DNA of 64,000 nt, from contig JAVJWO010000195.1 in assembly GCA_040222015.1 (NCBI GenBank), positions 1-64,000 on the forward strand. Direction: 5' to 3'. The first letter of the stretch is position 1. Every line of letters begins with the position of its first letter. Shown one piece after another: positions 48,601 to 58,514 of this stretch. This stretch comes from Coleofasciculus chthonoplastes F2-STO-03 (GTDB lineage: Bacteria; Cyanobacteriota; Cyanobacteriia; Cyanobacteriales; Coleofasciculaceae). Below the pieces are notes generated by a model that saw only the letters and a program-made list of their open reading frames with translations, was not told where the DNA came from and did no database searches. The position numbers were made by a program, and so were the translations under genes.

Positions 48601-50206
48601 TTATGAACGCCGCCTCAAATGATAAATTGTTGCTGCTACTAGAATTAATATCACTGATAATATCAATATTTTTACTCGCAGCAATTGAGACATCCCCAGA
48701 ATTTAATGCAGTTAACAGTGAATTAGCAGAAATCAGGAAACTCCCGCTACCTTCTCCCGACAGGATTTGATTATCGTTGAGTGCTGTATCATTGGTTCCA
48801 CTTGTGCCAATAATCACGCTAGTGGGATCTAATAATAACTGTCCCGCTTCACCCCCACTGCTACTTACATCGACAAAACCGTCAAAGGCTAACTGTTGCT
48901 GACTGGATATTTCGACAAAACCGCCGTTGCCAGAATTATGTCCGCCACGAGTGCTAATGTTGCCATAAAATGCAGTTTGCTCATCTGCCCAGATAATTAC
49001 AGTTCCACCATCGCCTGCGGTTACAGCATCAGCTTTAATCGTAGAATTTTCATTAACTAATGTGATATCAGCATTCGGGATTATTCCTGCACCTTGATAG
49101 TCGCCACCAATGCGAATAGTACCGCCGTTATTTGTACCGGATGCGTCAATATTGGCGCTGATTAATCCTACAGTTTTGCCAATAACATTTATCTCGCCGC
49201 CAGTTGCAGGTGAAGGCGCATGTAGGGGCGCATAGACGTGCGCCCCCACTGGTGTTCCAGCATTTCCGATCTGGGAAACGTCAATTGTGCCAGAGATAAT
49301 AGTAACGTCTGTTTCATTGGGGAGAATTAATTCCGAATCCGTTAATTTCACCGTTTCGGCTGAATCTACCTCAACGCCTGTCTCCAGGTTTTCCTCTGTC
49401 CCCGTCAACAATTCAGCTAAATCTAATGGTGTAAAGGGAATAACTTGTCCCGAACTATTCACCAATGGTTCAACTTCCAAAGACAGCAATTGTCCCGGCT
49501 GAGAAATCTTGACCCGATGAGAACCCGGAACTGCTGCAATCGTAATTCTTCCTCCCGGTGCTGTCAGTTCTCCCGTATTAATCACTGTACCACCGAGTAA
49601 AGTTAAATTCTGACCCTGGGAGATAGCTAAATTTCCGGCATTAACAATACTTCCGGGCTGAGATACATCAAAAATAAACTGTTGCGGATTTCCGACTAAT
49701 TGCTGATACTCATTTGTGCCAAATGCATTGAACCAAAGATTCTCGCCAAACCCAATCCCTGTCGCTGTTGTCATCATAAAATCAGCCGGGACATTTAACT
49801 GGGCATTTTGCCCAAACACTATCCCCGCTGGATTCATTAAATATAAATTGGCATTTCCCCCCGTCACCTGAATCAAGCCATTAATCAGCGATGGATTTCC
49901 CCCCATCACTCGTCCGAAAATATTATTGAGGTGAGGATTTGCCAAAAAGTTAGCGGTTTCACCTGCATCTAAACCAAACTCCTGGAAACTGTGGAATAGA
50001 TTGGTTTCGTCGCTTGACAAACTACCGCCATTAATGTTATGTATATTTCCCTGTTGGTCAATAATCGTACCCGTTCCATCGGATGCTGGGATAATTGATT
50101 GCGCCAGTGTTTCTACACCAATAAGACTCACCACTATTGGCAGAAGAATTGCTGGAGTAACAGACAGCCATCTCAAGTACCATTGAGCAGATTTCATGAA
50201 ATACAC
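45641..50206 (-). CDS. Filamentous-haemagglutinin (TPS) N-terminal domain - LamG-like domain - CHAT protease exoprotein
   Basis: Signal peptide; NLFHSFQEF, LMNPAGIVFG; GYWRLDE..FTITAWI..HHIAF..LYVDG..GSIDEVAIYDSALS (LamG); VHLATHG and MVLSACRT (CHAT dyad); HPYFWSAFTLVGSPW. Confidence 0.93.
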   Translation of the reverse strand: MYFMKSAQWYLRWLSVTPAILLPIVVSLIGVETLAQSIIPASDGTGTIIDQQGNIHNINGGSLSSDETNLFHSFQEFGLDAGETANFLANPHLNNIFGRVMGGNPSLINGLIQVTGGNANLYLMNPAGIVFGQNAQLNVPADFMMTTATGIGFGENLWFNAFGTNEYQQLVGNPQQFIFDVSQPGSIVNAGNLAISQGQNLTLLGGTVINTGELTAPGGRITIAAVPGSHRVKISQPGQLLSLEVEPLVNSSGQVIPFTPLDLAELLTGTEENLETGVEVDSAETVKLTDSELILPNETDVTIISGTIDVSQIGNAGTPVGAHVYAPLHAPSPATGGEINVIGKTVGLISANIDASGTNNGGTIRIGGDYQGAGIIPNADITLVNENSTIKADAVTAGDGGTVIIWADEQTAFYGNISTRGGHNSGNGGFVEISSQQQLAFDGFVDVSSSGGEAGQLLLDPTSVIIGTSGTNDTALNDNQILSGEGSGSFLISANSLLTALNSGDVSIAASKNIDIISDINSSSSNNLSFEAAFINLDASVYLNGGNLTFEAPVILRSSQTLSTGSTVGGDITFNRSLHAFNPGTDTLTLEAGTGNITFNGAVGGALPYNVAVLLDDPVGYWRLDEEGETAFDSSGNNIDGTYFGGVNRNQEGALVDDANPAPFFDGTTGYVEIPDSDFIDFGTNEDFTITAWIQVSPEQLDTVAGDKDVIEKWSGGEPYPYVIRYFYQSGKILAARYDGVPTNLSPTVNSTVSIDDGQFHHIAFIKEGSTLSLYVDGILEDTNTDTINSPTQNNSPLFLARRGGNAVDNFFRGSIDEVAIYDSALSPSEVAAQYTTGTGTATSRKLAGLTVNNAANIIANETIAANSIDLTASQDITTQSLDTSSSSGDGGSITLNAENNIQVTAINTQAGINGTGGNVDITAGGFIQITDTFIDQNEKNTSISTAGGNGGGGISIQHGGQGLIPFNVGDASINGTAGAITSGESNLEPFQSFTENKTAGNIQIITDEFITGSCPPDCLDTEPDDIDESEDITEDFGTDIATAITVRTLSLSQNHTLHLSVCPNNPGDCDTSPVLSPIAETETAFTNEYEEYWGLSETPIITLIQAQNTLQKIEQAAGVKPALIYAVFVPGDGVGDDGGRVEVETRKRRGAQREAQRFAEGVGGWDEMFLAQEVWEDTDTLELILVTAGGEPMRFVVPGASRKRVMEMVQGFRRAVTDTRIPRPYLASAQQLYQWLIAPLEAELQKREINNLAFIMDQGLRSLPVAALHDGNGFIVERYSIGFMPSLSLTDTRYVDVRDLQVLAMGASEFTEQNPLPAVPVELSAIADNLWQGESFLNSTFTPENLKAARASQPFGIVHLATHGEFKPGQPENSYIQFWNTRLSLDQIRQLGLHNPPVELMVLSACRTALGNEEAELGFTGLAVQAGVKSALGSLWYVSDEGTLGLMTTFYQNLKQVPIKAEALRQTQLAMIQGKVRIENGQLITPNGTIDLPEELAGIEDKALTHPYFWSAFTLVGSPW

Positions 50207-50362
50207 CGAGACCTATTCGGTTGAATTTTACCCCCCCTGACAAGGGTTTAATCGATAAGCAAGAAAACGCTAGAAAACGATACGATACTTTAAATTTTGT
50301 GATTTTACGATACTTTGGGATGGTTGGTGGAAATTAACTCAACACCCGACAAGTTCTGTCAA

Positions 50363-50456
50363 CAGGATTTACGCACAAACGCCATTTATAGTAGGGGCAC
50401 GGCATTGCCGTGCCCCTACAGGTAGTGCCTGTGCCGTAAAGAAAGCGTAAGTCCTA
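50363..50456. mobile_element. MITE-like element with AGGA(T/C)TTACGC...GCGTAAGTCCT termini enclosing a REP palindrome
   Basis: Terminal inverted repeats; internal GTAGGGGCACGGCA-TTGCCGTGCCCCTAC. Confidence 0.65.
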
Positions 50457-50609
50457 TTCAAGCCTCTCCAACCCTTACCAATGACATAGCTGGCTTCGTT
50501 TCGGGAAGCGAGTATGACATAAGACAAATGACGAATGACGAATAACGAATGACGAATAACGATCGCAAACGAGTACAATAACTCTTACTTGTGATCATCC
50601 TGCTTAATT

Positions 50610-50819
50610 TTGACCACCTGGATCACCCTAAAAACAACTCATACCCGCTGGGAAGCCGAGCTGATGCAGCAGGTTCTGGCAGCTCACGACATCCCTAGTC
50701 GGATTATTGACCAGGGTATCCCATCCTATTTTGGCGCGGGAAGTCCGGCTGCGTTGCAAGTTCGCTCTTATGATCAATGGACAGCTTTGCTATTACTCAG
50801 TTCTCCAGACGAGGAATAA
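50610..50819 (+). CDS. Small DUF2007-like (putative signal-transducing) protein
   Basis: WITL....RWEAELMQQVLAAHDIP.RI.D.G...Y.G.GSPAALQV; TTG start. Confidence 0.75.
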   Translation: MTTWITLKTTHTRWEAELMQQVLAAHDIPSRIIDQGIPSYFGAGSPAALQVRSYDQWTALLLLSSPDEE

Positions 50820-50860
50820 GCAGAAATATCGGATAATTATTAAGGAATTAAAAACGTTTC

Positions 50861-51799
50861 ATGTCTTTATTTGACTGGTTTGCCAATCGACGAAAATCAG
50901 AACCGATGCCCCAACAACGACGGGAACGGGAGATTGCTGATGGATTGTGGACAAAATGTGAGGCGTGCGCGGTTCTCACCTATACTAAAGACCTAAGAGC
51001 CAATCAAATGGTCTGCTCAGAATGTGGTCATCATATCCGGGTATATAGCGATGAACGGATTCGCCAGCTTATCGATGAGAATACCTGGATACCCCTTGAT
51101 GAGCAAATTCGCCCCACTGATCCGCTAAAATTCCGCGATCGCAAATCCTATACAGATCGGCTACAAGATTACCAAGACAAGACTAAACTCACCGACGCCG
51201 TGCAAACGGGGATCGGACAGCTTCATGGATTACCCATCGCCCTAGGCGTCATGGATTTCCGCTTCATGGGCGGTAGTATGGGTTCAGTCGTAGGTGAAAA
51301 ACTGACCCGCCTGATCGAACAAGCTACCCGCCAACGCTTACCTGTGGTGATTATATGCGCCTCTGGGGGGGCGAGAATGCAAGAAGGGATGTTAAGCCTA
51401 ATGCAGATGGCAAAAATCTCTGGGGCGCTGGAACAGCATCGTCAAGCTAACCTACTCTATATCCCGGTGTTAACCCATCCCACCACGGGAGGCGTTACGG
51501 CTAGTTTTGCTATGTTAGGGGACATTATCCTAGCTGAACCCAAAGCTACCATCGGTTTTGCGGGACGCCGAGTGATTGAGCAAACCTTGCGCGAAAAACT
51601 CCCCGACGACTTTCAAACCTCTGAATATCTACTCCAGTACGGCTTTGTCGATGCGATTGTTCCTCGCACCCAGTTGCAAAAGACGTTAGCGCAGCTTATC
51701 CGCCTCCATCAACCCTTCCCTACCTCACCTACTGTGGTTTCCCATTCTGAACCGATGACGTTGATGGCGAAAGGCGCTGATCACAAAACTGAGTTTTAA
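50861..51799 (+). CDS. accD: Acetyl-CoA carboxylase carboxyltransferase beta subunit
   Basis: GLWTKC..C zinc finger, [47 protein letters not shown]. Confidence 0.97.
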   Translation: MSLFDWFANRRKSEPMPQQRREREIADGLWTKCEACAVLTYTKDLRANQMVCSECGHHIRVYSDERIRQLIDENTWIPLDEQIRPTDPLKFRDRKSYTDRLQDYQDKTKLTDAVQTGIGQLHGLPIALGVMDFRFMGGSMGSVVGEKLTRLIEQATRQRLPVVIICASGGARMQEGMLSLMQMAKISGALEQHRQANLLYIPVLTHPTTGGVTASFAMLGDIILAEPKATIGFAGRRVIEQTLREKLPDDFQTSEYLLQYGFVDAIVPRTQLQKTLAQLIRLHQPFPTSPTVVSHSEPMTLMAKGADHKTEF

Positions 51800-52238
51800 G
51801 GGGGGGAGCGTTTTGTGAGTTTTTACCTATAAATCTTTGACGTAAAAAACTTCTTGAGAGAAAGGCGTCCCCAAGATGGCATCATATTCATAGTCAAGTG
51901 ACTCAATCTCAATTTCGTCAGTTAATTATTATGGGGTTTGCAGACCGATCAAAGGTGGACATTACTGCCGAATACACGGTTCCCACAAAAAAGATACCCG
52001 ATCCAGGTAAACCGTTGGGAATCATTGAAAGACTGAAAATGGGCGGCTTGTGCATTCCCTGTTTTCTGTGAAGAGTTCACTGAAAATCCGTAGTGTGACA
52101 TCTTTAAACGTGCAGACTGTCGGTTTGATCCCCAGAAGTGGTTGACGTCGATGCCCTTCAGGTAGAGGATAAGCTACAGGTTGAGCAATTTTCATGCATT
52201 TAAAACGAATGAGCCAAATTTTCCAAGGAGAACCCCCA

Positions 52239-52727
52239 ATGAAACGATTGATATTGCTGGCTGTGGCAATGGTATTGTTTGTGTTTCAAGTAGCGGTGAG
52301 TAGCGCCAGCGCTCTTGAACTCAGTGAGGACGTTCGCACCGTTCCCGTCAATGAACAGGGTGATACTACGGTTGTCAGCCTAGGCGAGTTCAAGACAGGT
52401 CAACGCCTGTTTAACGATACCTGTAGTCAATGTCATCTCGGCGGCAGAACCAAGACAAACCCCAACGTCACTTTAAAGATGGAGGATCTCAAAGGAGCAT
52501 TTCCTCCGCGAGATAACATTGCCGCTCTCGTAGACTACATAAAAAACCCCACAACCTATGACGGATTTACAGAGATTTATGAGTTGCATCCTAGCACTCG
52601 CAGCGCAGATATCTTCCCGGAGATGAGAAATCTCACAGAAGACGATCTGGAGGCGCTCGCGGGTTATATTCTGATCCAACCAAAGGTTCAAGGTATCATG
52701 TGGGGAGGCGGTAAGGCTGTCAGCTAA
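52239..52727 (+). CDS. psbV: Photosystem II cytochrome c-550
   Basis: Signal peptide; CSQCH; KTNPNV, PTTYDG, ELHPS, WGGGK; AAGGAG RBS before ATG 52239. Confidence 0.95.
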   Translation: MKRLILLAVAMVLFVFQVAVSSASALELSEDVRTVPVNEQGDTTVVSLGEFKTGQRLFNDTCSQCHLGGRTKTNPNVTLKMEDLKGAFPPRDNIAALVDYIKNPTTYDGFTEIYELHPSTRSADIFPEMRNLTEDDLEALAGYILIQPKVQGIMWGGGKAVS

Positions 52728-52865
52728 GTCCGGATTTTTTTGAATGATGCATCGAAGGGTTGGAAGTAGACGATTAAACGGTTGGAGGTAAAATCCTTTA
52801 ACGTTTAATTGGCTAGTATTCAACCCTTCAGTAACCCCAAACAAAAGATAAAAAACTAGAAACTA

Positions 52866-53402
52866 ATGCTGACTAATTGGATTAAAATATTTCCCCTGGG
52901 TCATTTACTCCGCTATAAATTTTTTTCAGCTCGCGGTCTTTTCGCTACGTTGATGGCTATCTCTATCGTCTTTATAGTCAGCTCTCCGGCTTATGCGATA
53001 GATGACTACGTTAAACGCTTCTTAAAGGTGACTGAACCCATTGCGTTAGATTTAGATGGACAGGGACAAACCCAGCAATTTACCCCAGAGGATTTGGCTG
53101 AGGGGAAAGAACTGTTTAAAGCCCATTGCATCAATTGTCATGTTGGCGGAACAACCCTACAAGATCCCAGAGTTTCCCTGGAAATAGAAACATTGGCGGG
53201 AGCAACCCCACCTCGCGATAATGTCGATGGGATTATCTCTTTTCTCAGAGAACCTATGACTTATGATGGCAGCGCCCCAAGTTTTTGGTGTCGCCAAGTC
53301 CCAGACACTTGGATGCCACGGGAGCAAATTGAAAAGTTAGCTGCATTTGTCCTGAGAGCGGCTCAAAAGGCTCCAGGTTGGGGTGGGAAGGCTTCATCTT
53401 AA
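52866..53402 (+). CDS. psbV2: Cytochrome c-550-like PsbV2
   Basis: CINCHVGG, GATPPRDN, PMTYDG..WCRQV, LRAAQKAPGWG; directly after psbV. Confidence 0.88.
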   Translation: MLTNWIKIFPLGHLLRYKFFSARGLFATLMAISIVFIVSSPAYAIDDYVKRFLKVTEPIALDLDGQGQTQQFTPEDLAEGKELFKAHCINCHVGGTTLQDPRVSLEIETLAGATPPRDNVDGIISFLREPMTYDGSAPSFWCRQVPDTWMPREQIEKLAAFVLRAAQKAPGWGGKASS

Positions 53403-53408
53403 ATTTGT

Positions 53409-53633
53409 GGAGCAGGGGGAGCATGGGAAGCGGGGGAAGCGGGGGGAGCGGGGGGAGCAGGGGGAGCAGGGGGAGCAGGGGGAGATAAGGGAGATGGGAA
53501 GCTGGGGAAGATTGTGTAGGGGCGGGTTTCACTACTATCTTTTCGGTTACACCTAGATGTAACTAAACCCGCCCCGACTTTACAAATGACGAATGACGAA
53601 TGACCAATGACCAATGACGAATGACCAATGACA
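53409..53633. repeat. GGGGAGCAG tract, GTAG REP and ATGAC(C/G)A STRR tract
   Basis: Directly visible; REP ~53516-53577. Confidence 0.85.
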
Positions 53634-53721
53634 ATCCTCGCCGTTAACTTTAATTGTCCCTACCTACTATTAGGTCATAATAAGGAGTAAATTTTGAGAG
53701 TAGCGCTCAAACTTTGAGCAA

Positions 53722-55536
53722 ATGAAAACAGCGACGCGCCCAGAGGAATTAACGGATTTAGGCAACTGCTTACAGGAGGACTTGCAGTCATACCTGCATG
53801 AGAGCATTCCTGTTCAAGTTCGGTGTCGGCGAAGTGATGAAAAGTTAGCGATTTGGGTACAGCATCCCGCCGAGGCGACGCTGGATAAAGACCAGATTCT
53901 GGCGTTTTTAGAACAAACGATCCGCAGCCAATATCCATTGGTGGCTCAACAAGTAAGAGTTAACCTGCTGCGATCTGGCGAAAAGAAACCTTACGTCTCG
54001 CAATCGCTCTCCCTAGATTTGCCTGAACCTGAACCCGAAACGACGACACCCTCTGAGGTGGATTCGGTAGAAACAAAGGAGACAGAGGAGACTAACTCCT
54101 CCTCTGAGGCGGAAACTCCGCCAAACCTAGACTCAGAAAAAACACAAGCTGAATCATCCCATCCGTGGAATCAACCGATTCCGGAGGTAAACGATAAAGC
54201 CGATGAGTCAAAATCCGAACAACCGCCGTCAGTCAAGCTCAGGTTAAAATCATCCTGGCTACCGTTAGTAGTCGCGGGTGCTGGGTTGAGTTTGGTGGTT
54301 TTCTTTAGCACGCTTTATCTCCTGACTCGCCCTTGTGTCATGGGTAAATGCACGGTTTTGTCAGAAGCGGAACAGTTAAGTCAGACATCAGCAGAAACCC
54401 TGCAAAACCCAGCATCGGGAAAAGCGGTTTTGGAAGCCCAGGAGCAGTTACAAGAGGCGATTCAATTAGTGGCGGCGATTCCGTTTTGGTCCGGTTACCG
54501 CAGCCAAGCGCAACAAAAACTGCAAGTCTATCAGTCCCAATCCGAAACCGTGGCGGATATGGTAGAGGCGCTGAAAACAGCAGCTAGAGCGGGGTATGAG
54601 AGCCAAAACCCGCCGCATCCAGAATCGAAGTGGCGGGAAGTTCAGAACCTCTGGCGAGACGCGATCGCGAAATTGGAACAGCTACCTACGGATAGCAATC
54701 TTCAACCTTTAGCCAAAACTAAAATTAAAGCATATAAGACGAATTTAGAGGAAATTAATCAGCGACTGCTTAAAGAACGAATTGCCCAGGAACATTTAAA
54801 AGCGGCTCAAGAAGCGGCGCGGATGGCTGAAGTGCGTCAAGGAATTGCCCAATCCTTATCAGACTGGCAATTGGTTTATGCGACTTGGCAAGCGTCGATG
54901 CAGCGCCTGAAACAGATTCCCCAAGGGACAACTCCTTATGAGGAAGCCCAAGAGTTATTGGCGCTGTATTTACCCAATCTTGCCAAAGCCCGCGATCGCA
55001 AAACTCAAGAGCAAATTTCTGCTAATGCCTATAATCAAGGCGTGCGGCTGGCTCAACTGGCGACAGACTCTCAATCCGATCAGCAATGGTCAGTCGCTCT
55101 AGTTCACTGGCGGAATGCGTTAACTTATGTCAATCAGGTACCCAAAGAGACCTATTTCTATGCTAAGGCACAATCGTTGGTTGAACCCTACCGAGGTGCG
55201 CTCAAACAGGCTCAAAACCAGCTTCAGTTAGCTGTCAAGATGCAACAAGCCCGTCGGGATCTTAATCAAACTTGTTCGGGGACACCCAAAATTTGTACCT
55301 ATACGCTTGACAACAAGATGATCAAGGTGAGGTTAACCCCTGCTTACGTCCAGATGGTACAACAACGAGCGTTGAGTGCTAGAACCCAAGGAGACTCAGA
55401 GGCTCATGCGGGTATTGTGAATCACATTTTGACCTTGGGAGAAGCCTTGGAAGTGATTAGTGATAATGCCAAACTGCGAGTAGAGGTTTATACACCAGAG
55501 GGTGTGATGATCCAATCCCATAATCCGGCTCAGTAG
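53722..55536 (+). CDS. Hypothetical single-TM protein with helical (TPR-like) C-terminal repeats
   Basis: 604 aa; TM near residue 180; repeated W..A...L.QIP..T..Y..AQ..L..Y. Confidence 0.8.
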   Translation: MKTATRPEELTDLGNCLQEDLQSYLHESIPVQVRCRRSDEKLAIWVQHPAEATLDKDQILAFLEQTIRSQYPLVAQQVRVNLLRSGEKKPYVSQSLSLDLPEPEPETTTPSEVDSVETKETEETNSSSEAETPPNLDSEKTQAESSHPWNQPIPEVNDKADESKSEQPPSVKLRLKSSWLPLVVAGAGLSLVVFFSTLYLLTRPCVMGKCTVLSEAEQLSQTSAETLQNPASGKAVLEAQEQLQEAIQLVAAIPFWSGYRSQAQQKLQVYQSQSETVADMVEALKTAARAGYESQNPPHPESKWREVQNLWRDAIAKLEQLPTDSNLQPLAKTKIKAYKTNLEEINQRLLKERIAQEHLKAAQEAARMAEVRQGIAQSLSDWQLVYATWQASMQRLKQIPQGTTPYEEAQELLALYLPNLAKARDRKTQEQISANAYNQGVRLAQLATDSQSDQQWSVALVHWRNALTYVNQVPKETYFYAKAQSLVEPYRGALKQAQNQLQLAVKMQQARRDLNQTCSGTPKICTYTLDNKMIKVRLTPAYVQMVQQRALSARTQGDSEAHAGIVNHILTLGEALEVISDNAKLRVEVYTPEGVMIQSHNPAQ

Positions 55537-55860
55537 CTTGGACTACTACCTTGACGGTCAAGGTGCGATCGCGTATGAAGCAGCGTGGTGAAATGAGTAG
55601 TCTTTCTTGGAATTCAAGTATTTTAAGAAATACAGTGTAATGTAAAAAAAAATAAAATTAAGTAACAAAACAAGAAATAATAGCAGTTTAAGTCACTCTA
55701 AAACCTTAAGATACCTAGTAGTGTTAGCTAAAAAGTAAAAGCTTCTACAATCCAAAATTCCCAAGGAAATTCTCCTCGTTAAAAGGGATGTTCATTATCC
55801 ATTGTTAATTTGTGAATTTATCTAAATTATAACGATCAAGTTACTTTCTATTAACTTTAA

Positions 55861-56859
55861 ATGATACAGAAAACTAAACCCTTACACGTATCCCAACCTC
55901 AGCTCAATCCTAGTCCAACGATGATGGCTCTATTGGCTATATTCACCGCCATCGTAGCTTTATCCCTGGCGGCTATATTGATCCGATTGAGTGAACGGGA
56001 ACTCGGTCCGTTTGCCACCATCTTTAATCGCTTCTGGATTGCCTTTATCGTCTTATGGCTATTGAACCAGTCAAAGGCGCGATCGCAACACGATGAACAA
56101 TCGTCTAGACCTCAGTCAGATTATACCGTTCGCGACTGGATCATGTTGATCTCGGCGGGAGTAATGTTCTGGGGGTGTTTGGCACTTTGGGCATGGTCTC
56201 TCACCCAAACAGGCGTTGCTAATTCCACCATCTTACATAACCTGACTCCCTTATTCACAACATTAGGAGTATGGTTGATATTCGGTCAGCGTTTTGACAG
56301 TCGGTTTCTGATGGGGTTGATGATGGCAATGGTGGGGGCAACTGCCCTAGGACTTGATGATTTACAAGTCGCCACAGATAACTTTGCCGGAGATATTGCC
56401 GCGTTGTTATCCGCCCTGTTTTCCGCCGCCAACTTGATGCTGATTGAAAAACTGCGTGCCAAGTGGGATGCCACCACCATTATTATGTGGTGCTGCTTAG
56501 TCGGAACAGTGGTAACGTTGCCCGTTGTCCTGCTAACTGAAGACAGACTATTCCCGATTTCGGGTTCAGGATGGTTATCGGTTATCAGTTTAGCGGTTGT
56601 CTGTCAAGTGGTCGGTCAAGGACTACAGGCATATAGTCTCAAACGCTTGTCTTCTGGATTAGTGGGTGTGTTCCTGCTCCTTGATCCCGTACTGGCGGCG
56701 TTGGTGGCGTGGGTTCTGTTTGCCGAACATTTAAGTTTGTTTAACGGATTCGCGTTTGCTGTGGTTTTAGTCGGCATCTATGTGGCTAAATCGAGTCACT
56801 ACGCCTCTCAGGTTATGGCACAAGACTCCCAACCCGCGCTTTGTGTCGCTGGGAAGTAA
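55861..56859 (+). CDS. DMT/EamA family transporter
   Basis: ~10 TM; WSLTQTGVANSTILHNLTPLF, GDIAAL, LLDPVLAALVAWVLFAE. Confidence 0.9.
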   Translation: MIQKTKPLHVSQPQLNPSPTMMALLAIFTAIVALSLAAILIRLSERELGPFATIFNRFWIAFIVLWLLNQSKARSQHDEQSSRPQSDYTVRDWIMLISAGVMFWGCLALWAWSLTQTGVANSTILHNLTPLFTTLGVWLIFGQRFDSRFLMGLMMAMVGATALGLDDLQVATDNFAGDIAALLSALFSAANLMLIEKLRAKWDATTIIMWCCLVGTVVTLPVVLLTEDRLFPISGSGWLSVISLAVVCQVVGQGLQAYSLKRLSSGLVGVFLLLDPVLAALVAWVLFAEHLSLFNGFAFAVVLVGIYVAKSSHYASQVMAQDSQPALCVAGK

Positions 56860-56956
56860 TTCGGGTCTGCTGAAATCAGTCTTGTGGGCAACTTTGGGAA
56901 AGTCTTATGTAACGGTAAAATGAGTATGAACATTACTTAGCAAGGATTAAAGTTCT

Positions 56957-57076
56957 ATGACGCCCTCATTAGCCAACTTTTTCTGGAGTCTCGTTTTGGG
57001 TGGAGTAATTGTGGTGATTCCCGCCACTGTTGCTCTGATCTTTATCAGCCAGAAGGATAAAATCCAACGCTCCTAA
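56957..57076 (+). CDS. psbX: Photosystem II reaction centre protein X (not in ORF track)
   Basis: Manual translation [39 protein letters not shown]; upstream of ycf66. Confidence 0.95.
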   Translation: MTPSLANFFWSLVLGGVIVVIPATVALIFISQKDKIQRS

Positions 57077-57289
57077 GCTTGAGCGGTCGTTTTTGAACCC
57101 TTTGTCCAGGAACAGGGTAGCCCAGTCAGTCGCTGCCCTGTTTTCCCTATCTAGCTTCCTGAACCTCAACTTTTGAGTAGAATAGACTAGGCGTGAAGCT
57201 TTATTCTCTCAAAAATTTTGGCATAGCCAGTTAAGGTAGAGATTTATGGGCAAAACTCGCTACCATAGGACTGACTTAGGAGAGCAGCA

Positions 57290-58111
57290 ATGGTAAATTT
57301 TGGGCTGAACCCAGCCAGTATTCTGGGTATTTTCTTGGCAGTTGCCGGAGCAGGGCTTTATTTCCTGCGATCGGTACGTCCGGAGTTAGCACGAGATCAC
57401 GACATATTCTTCGCCGCTGTCGGACTATTGTGCGGCTTTATTTTGGTATTTCAGGGATGGCGACTTGATCCGATTCTCCAGTTTGGTCAGTTTCTGTTAA
57501 CGGGTTCTGTCATTTTCTTTGCGGTTGAAACCCTGCGTCTACGAGGAATCACCACCGAACAAGCCAAGCGCAATACAAAAGTTGTCGATGACGAACGCCC
57601 CGTGAGCAACGTTTATCGCCAGGTGGCTGAGTTGGACGAACTCGAACCGATGGAAGATGAAGATCCCTACATTGGTCGTCGCCTCCGGGGAACCGCCGAT
57701 TCGCGCTATAACCGCAGCGACAGGTACGAAGCCGAGGTTCGCCGTCCTAGAAGTCGCAGCGTTTCCGATGACTTCCCCCCAGAAGAACGCTCCCGTAAAC
57801 GCCGTCCACGTCCTGCAACTCGTTCCTCAAGACCGCCTGTGGACAGATGGGAGGCTGACGTAGATAATGACTGGGATGATAGACCAACTCCGAGTCGTCG
57901 TCCTCGCCCTTCGCGTCCACCGAGTCGCAGCCCCGAACCTGATATAGAACCCCCACCCAGAAAAAGACGTCGTCCTCCCCAAGAAGCAACGGTATCTGTG
58001 GCAGATCAAGAGGTAGAACCGCCTGCCAGCGATTATGTGGATTATAAACCCATTGATCCGTTGGAGGACGAAGACGAGGATGACTACGTGCCTAGAGGTT
58101 CAGAATACTAA
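57290..58111 (+). CDS. ycf66: Ycf66 family protein
   Basis: LYFLRSVRPELARDHDIFFAAVGLLCG..QGWRLDPILQFGQ; Arg/Pro/Asp-rich tail. Confidence 0.93.
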   Translation: MVNFGLNPASILGIFLAVAGAGLYFLRSVRPELARDHDIFFAAVGLLCGFILVFQGWRLDPILQFGQFLLTGSVIFFAVETLRLRGITTEQAKRNTKVVDDERPVSNVYRQVAELDELEPMEDEDPYIGRRLRGTADSRYNRSDRYEAEVRRPRSRSVSDDFPPEERSRKRRPRPATRSSRPPVDRWEADVDNDWDDRPTPSRRPRPSRPPSRSPEPDIEPPPRKRRRPPQEATVSVADQEVEPPASDYVDYKPIDPLEDEDEDDYVPRGSEY

Positions 58112-58124
58112 ATCAAATTAGGTA

Positions 58125-58448
58125 TAAGCTGTTCGGCATTTAAATTTTAATGTCAATAATGACGAACTCCTTGGTGTGCGAGCCAGAAAGCTCGCTACTA
58201 ATACCCAATTTAAATAGGGTCTGCTGAATAAGTCTTGTGGTGGGGAGAGGCAACAGGGAACAGGCAACAGGCAACAGTTTCAAGCCTCTGTTGAGGTAAA
58301 ATTCGGCGCTTAGGTCGGCGAAAATCCCAAGATGCAAGAGGGTGCTAGTGTAAAAACCTTGCACTTGTTGGATGAAAAAATAGATTGAAACCCTTATCTG
58401 GTCTACCTTCCACACTCATGCAGCAAGCCCTAAATACATGACAGCTTA
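58125..58448. mobile_element. TA-flanked MITE (TAAGCTGT...ACAGCTTA) interrupted by an IS5-like MITE at 58217-58430
   Basis: Outer element matches 20860-21033 in reverse; inner ends GGGTCTGCTGAAT / ATGCAGCAAGCCC flanked on both sides by TAAATA. Confidence 0.75.
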
Positions 58449-58514
58449 CCACCCACGTCAGTAGAGTTGGGTTTCGTTCCTCAACCCAACCTACCAATCA
58501 TCATAATTCCTAGC

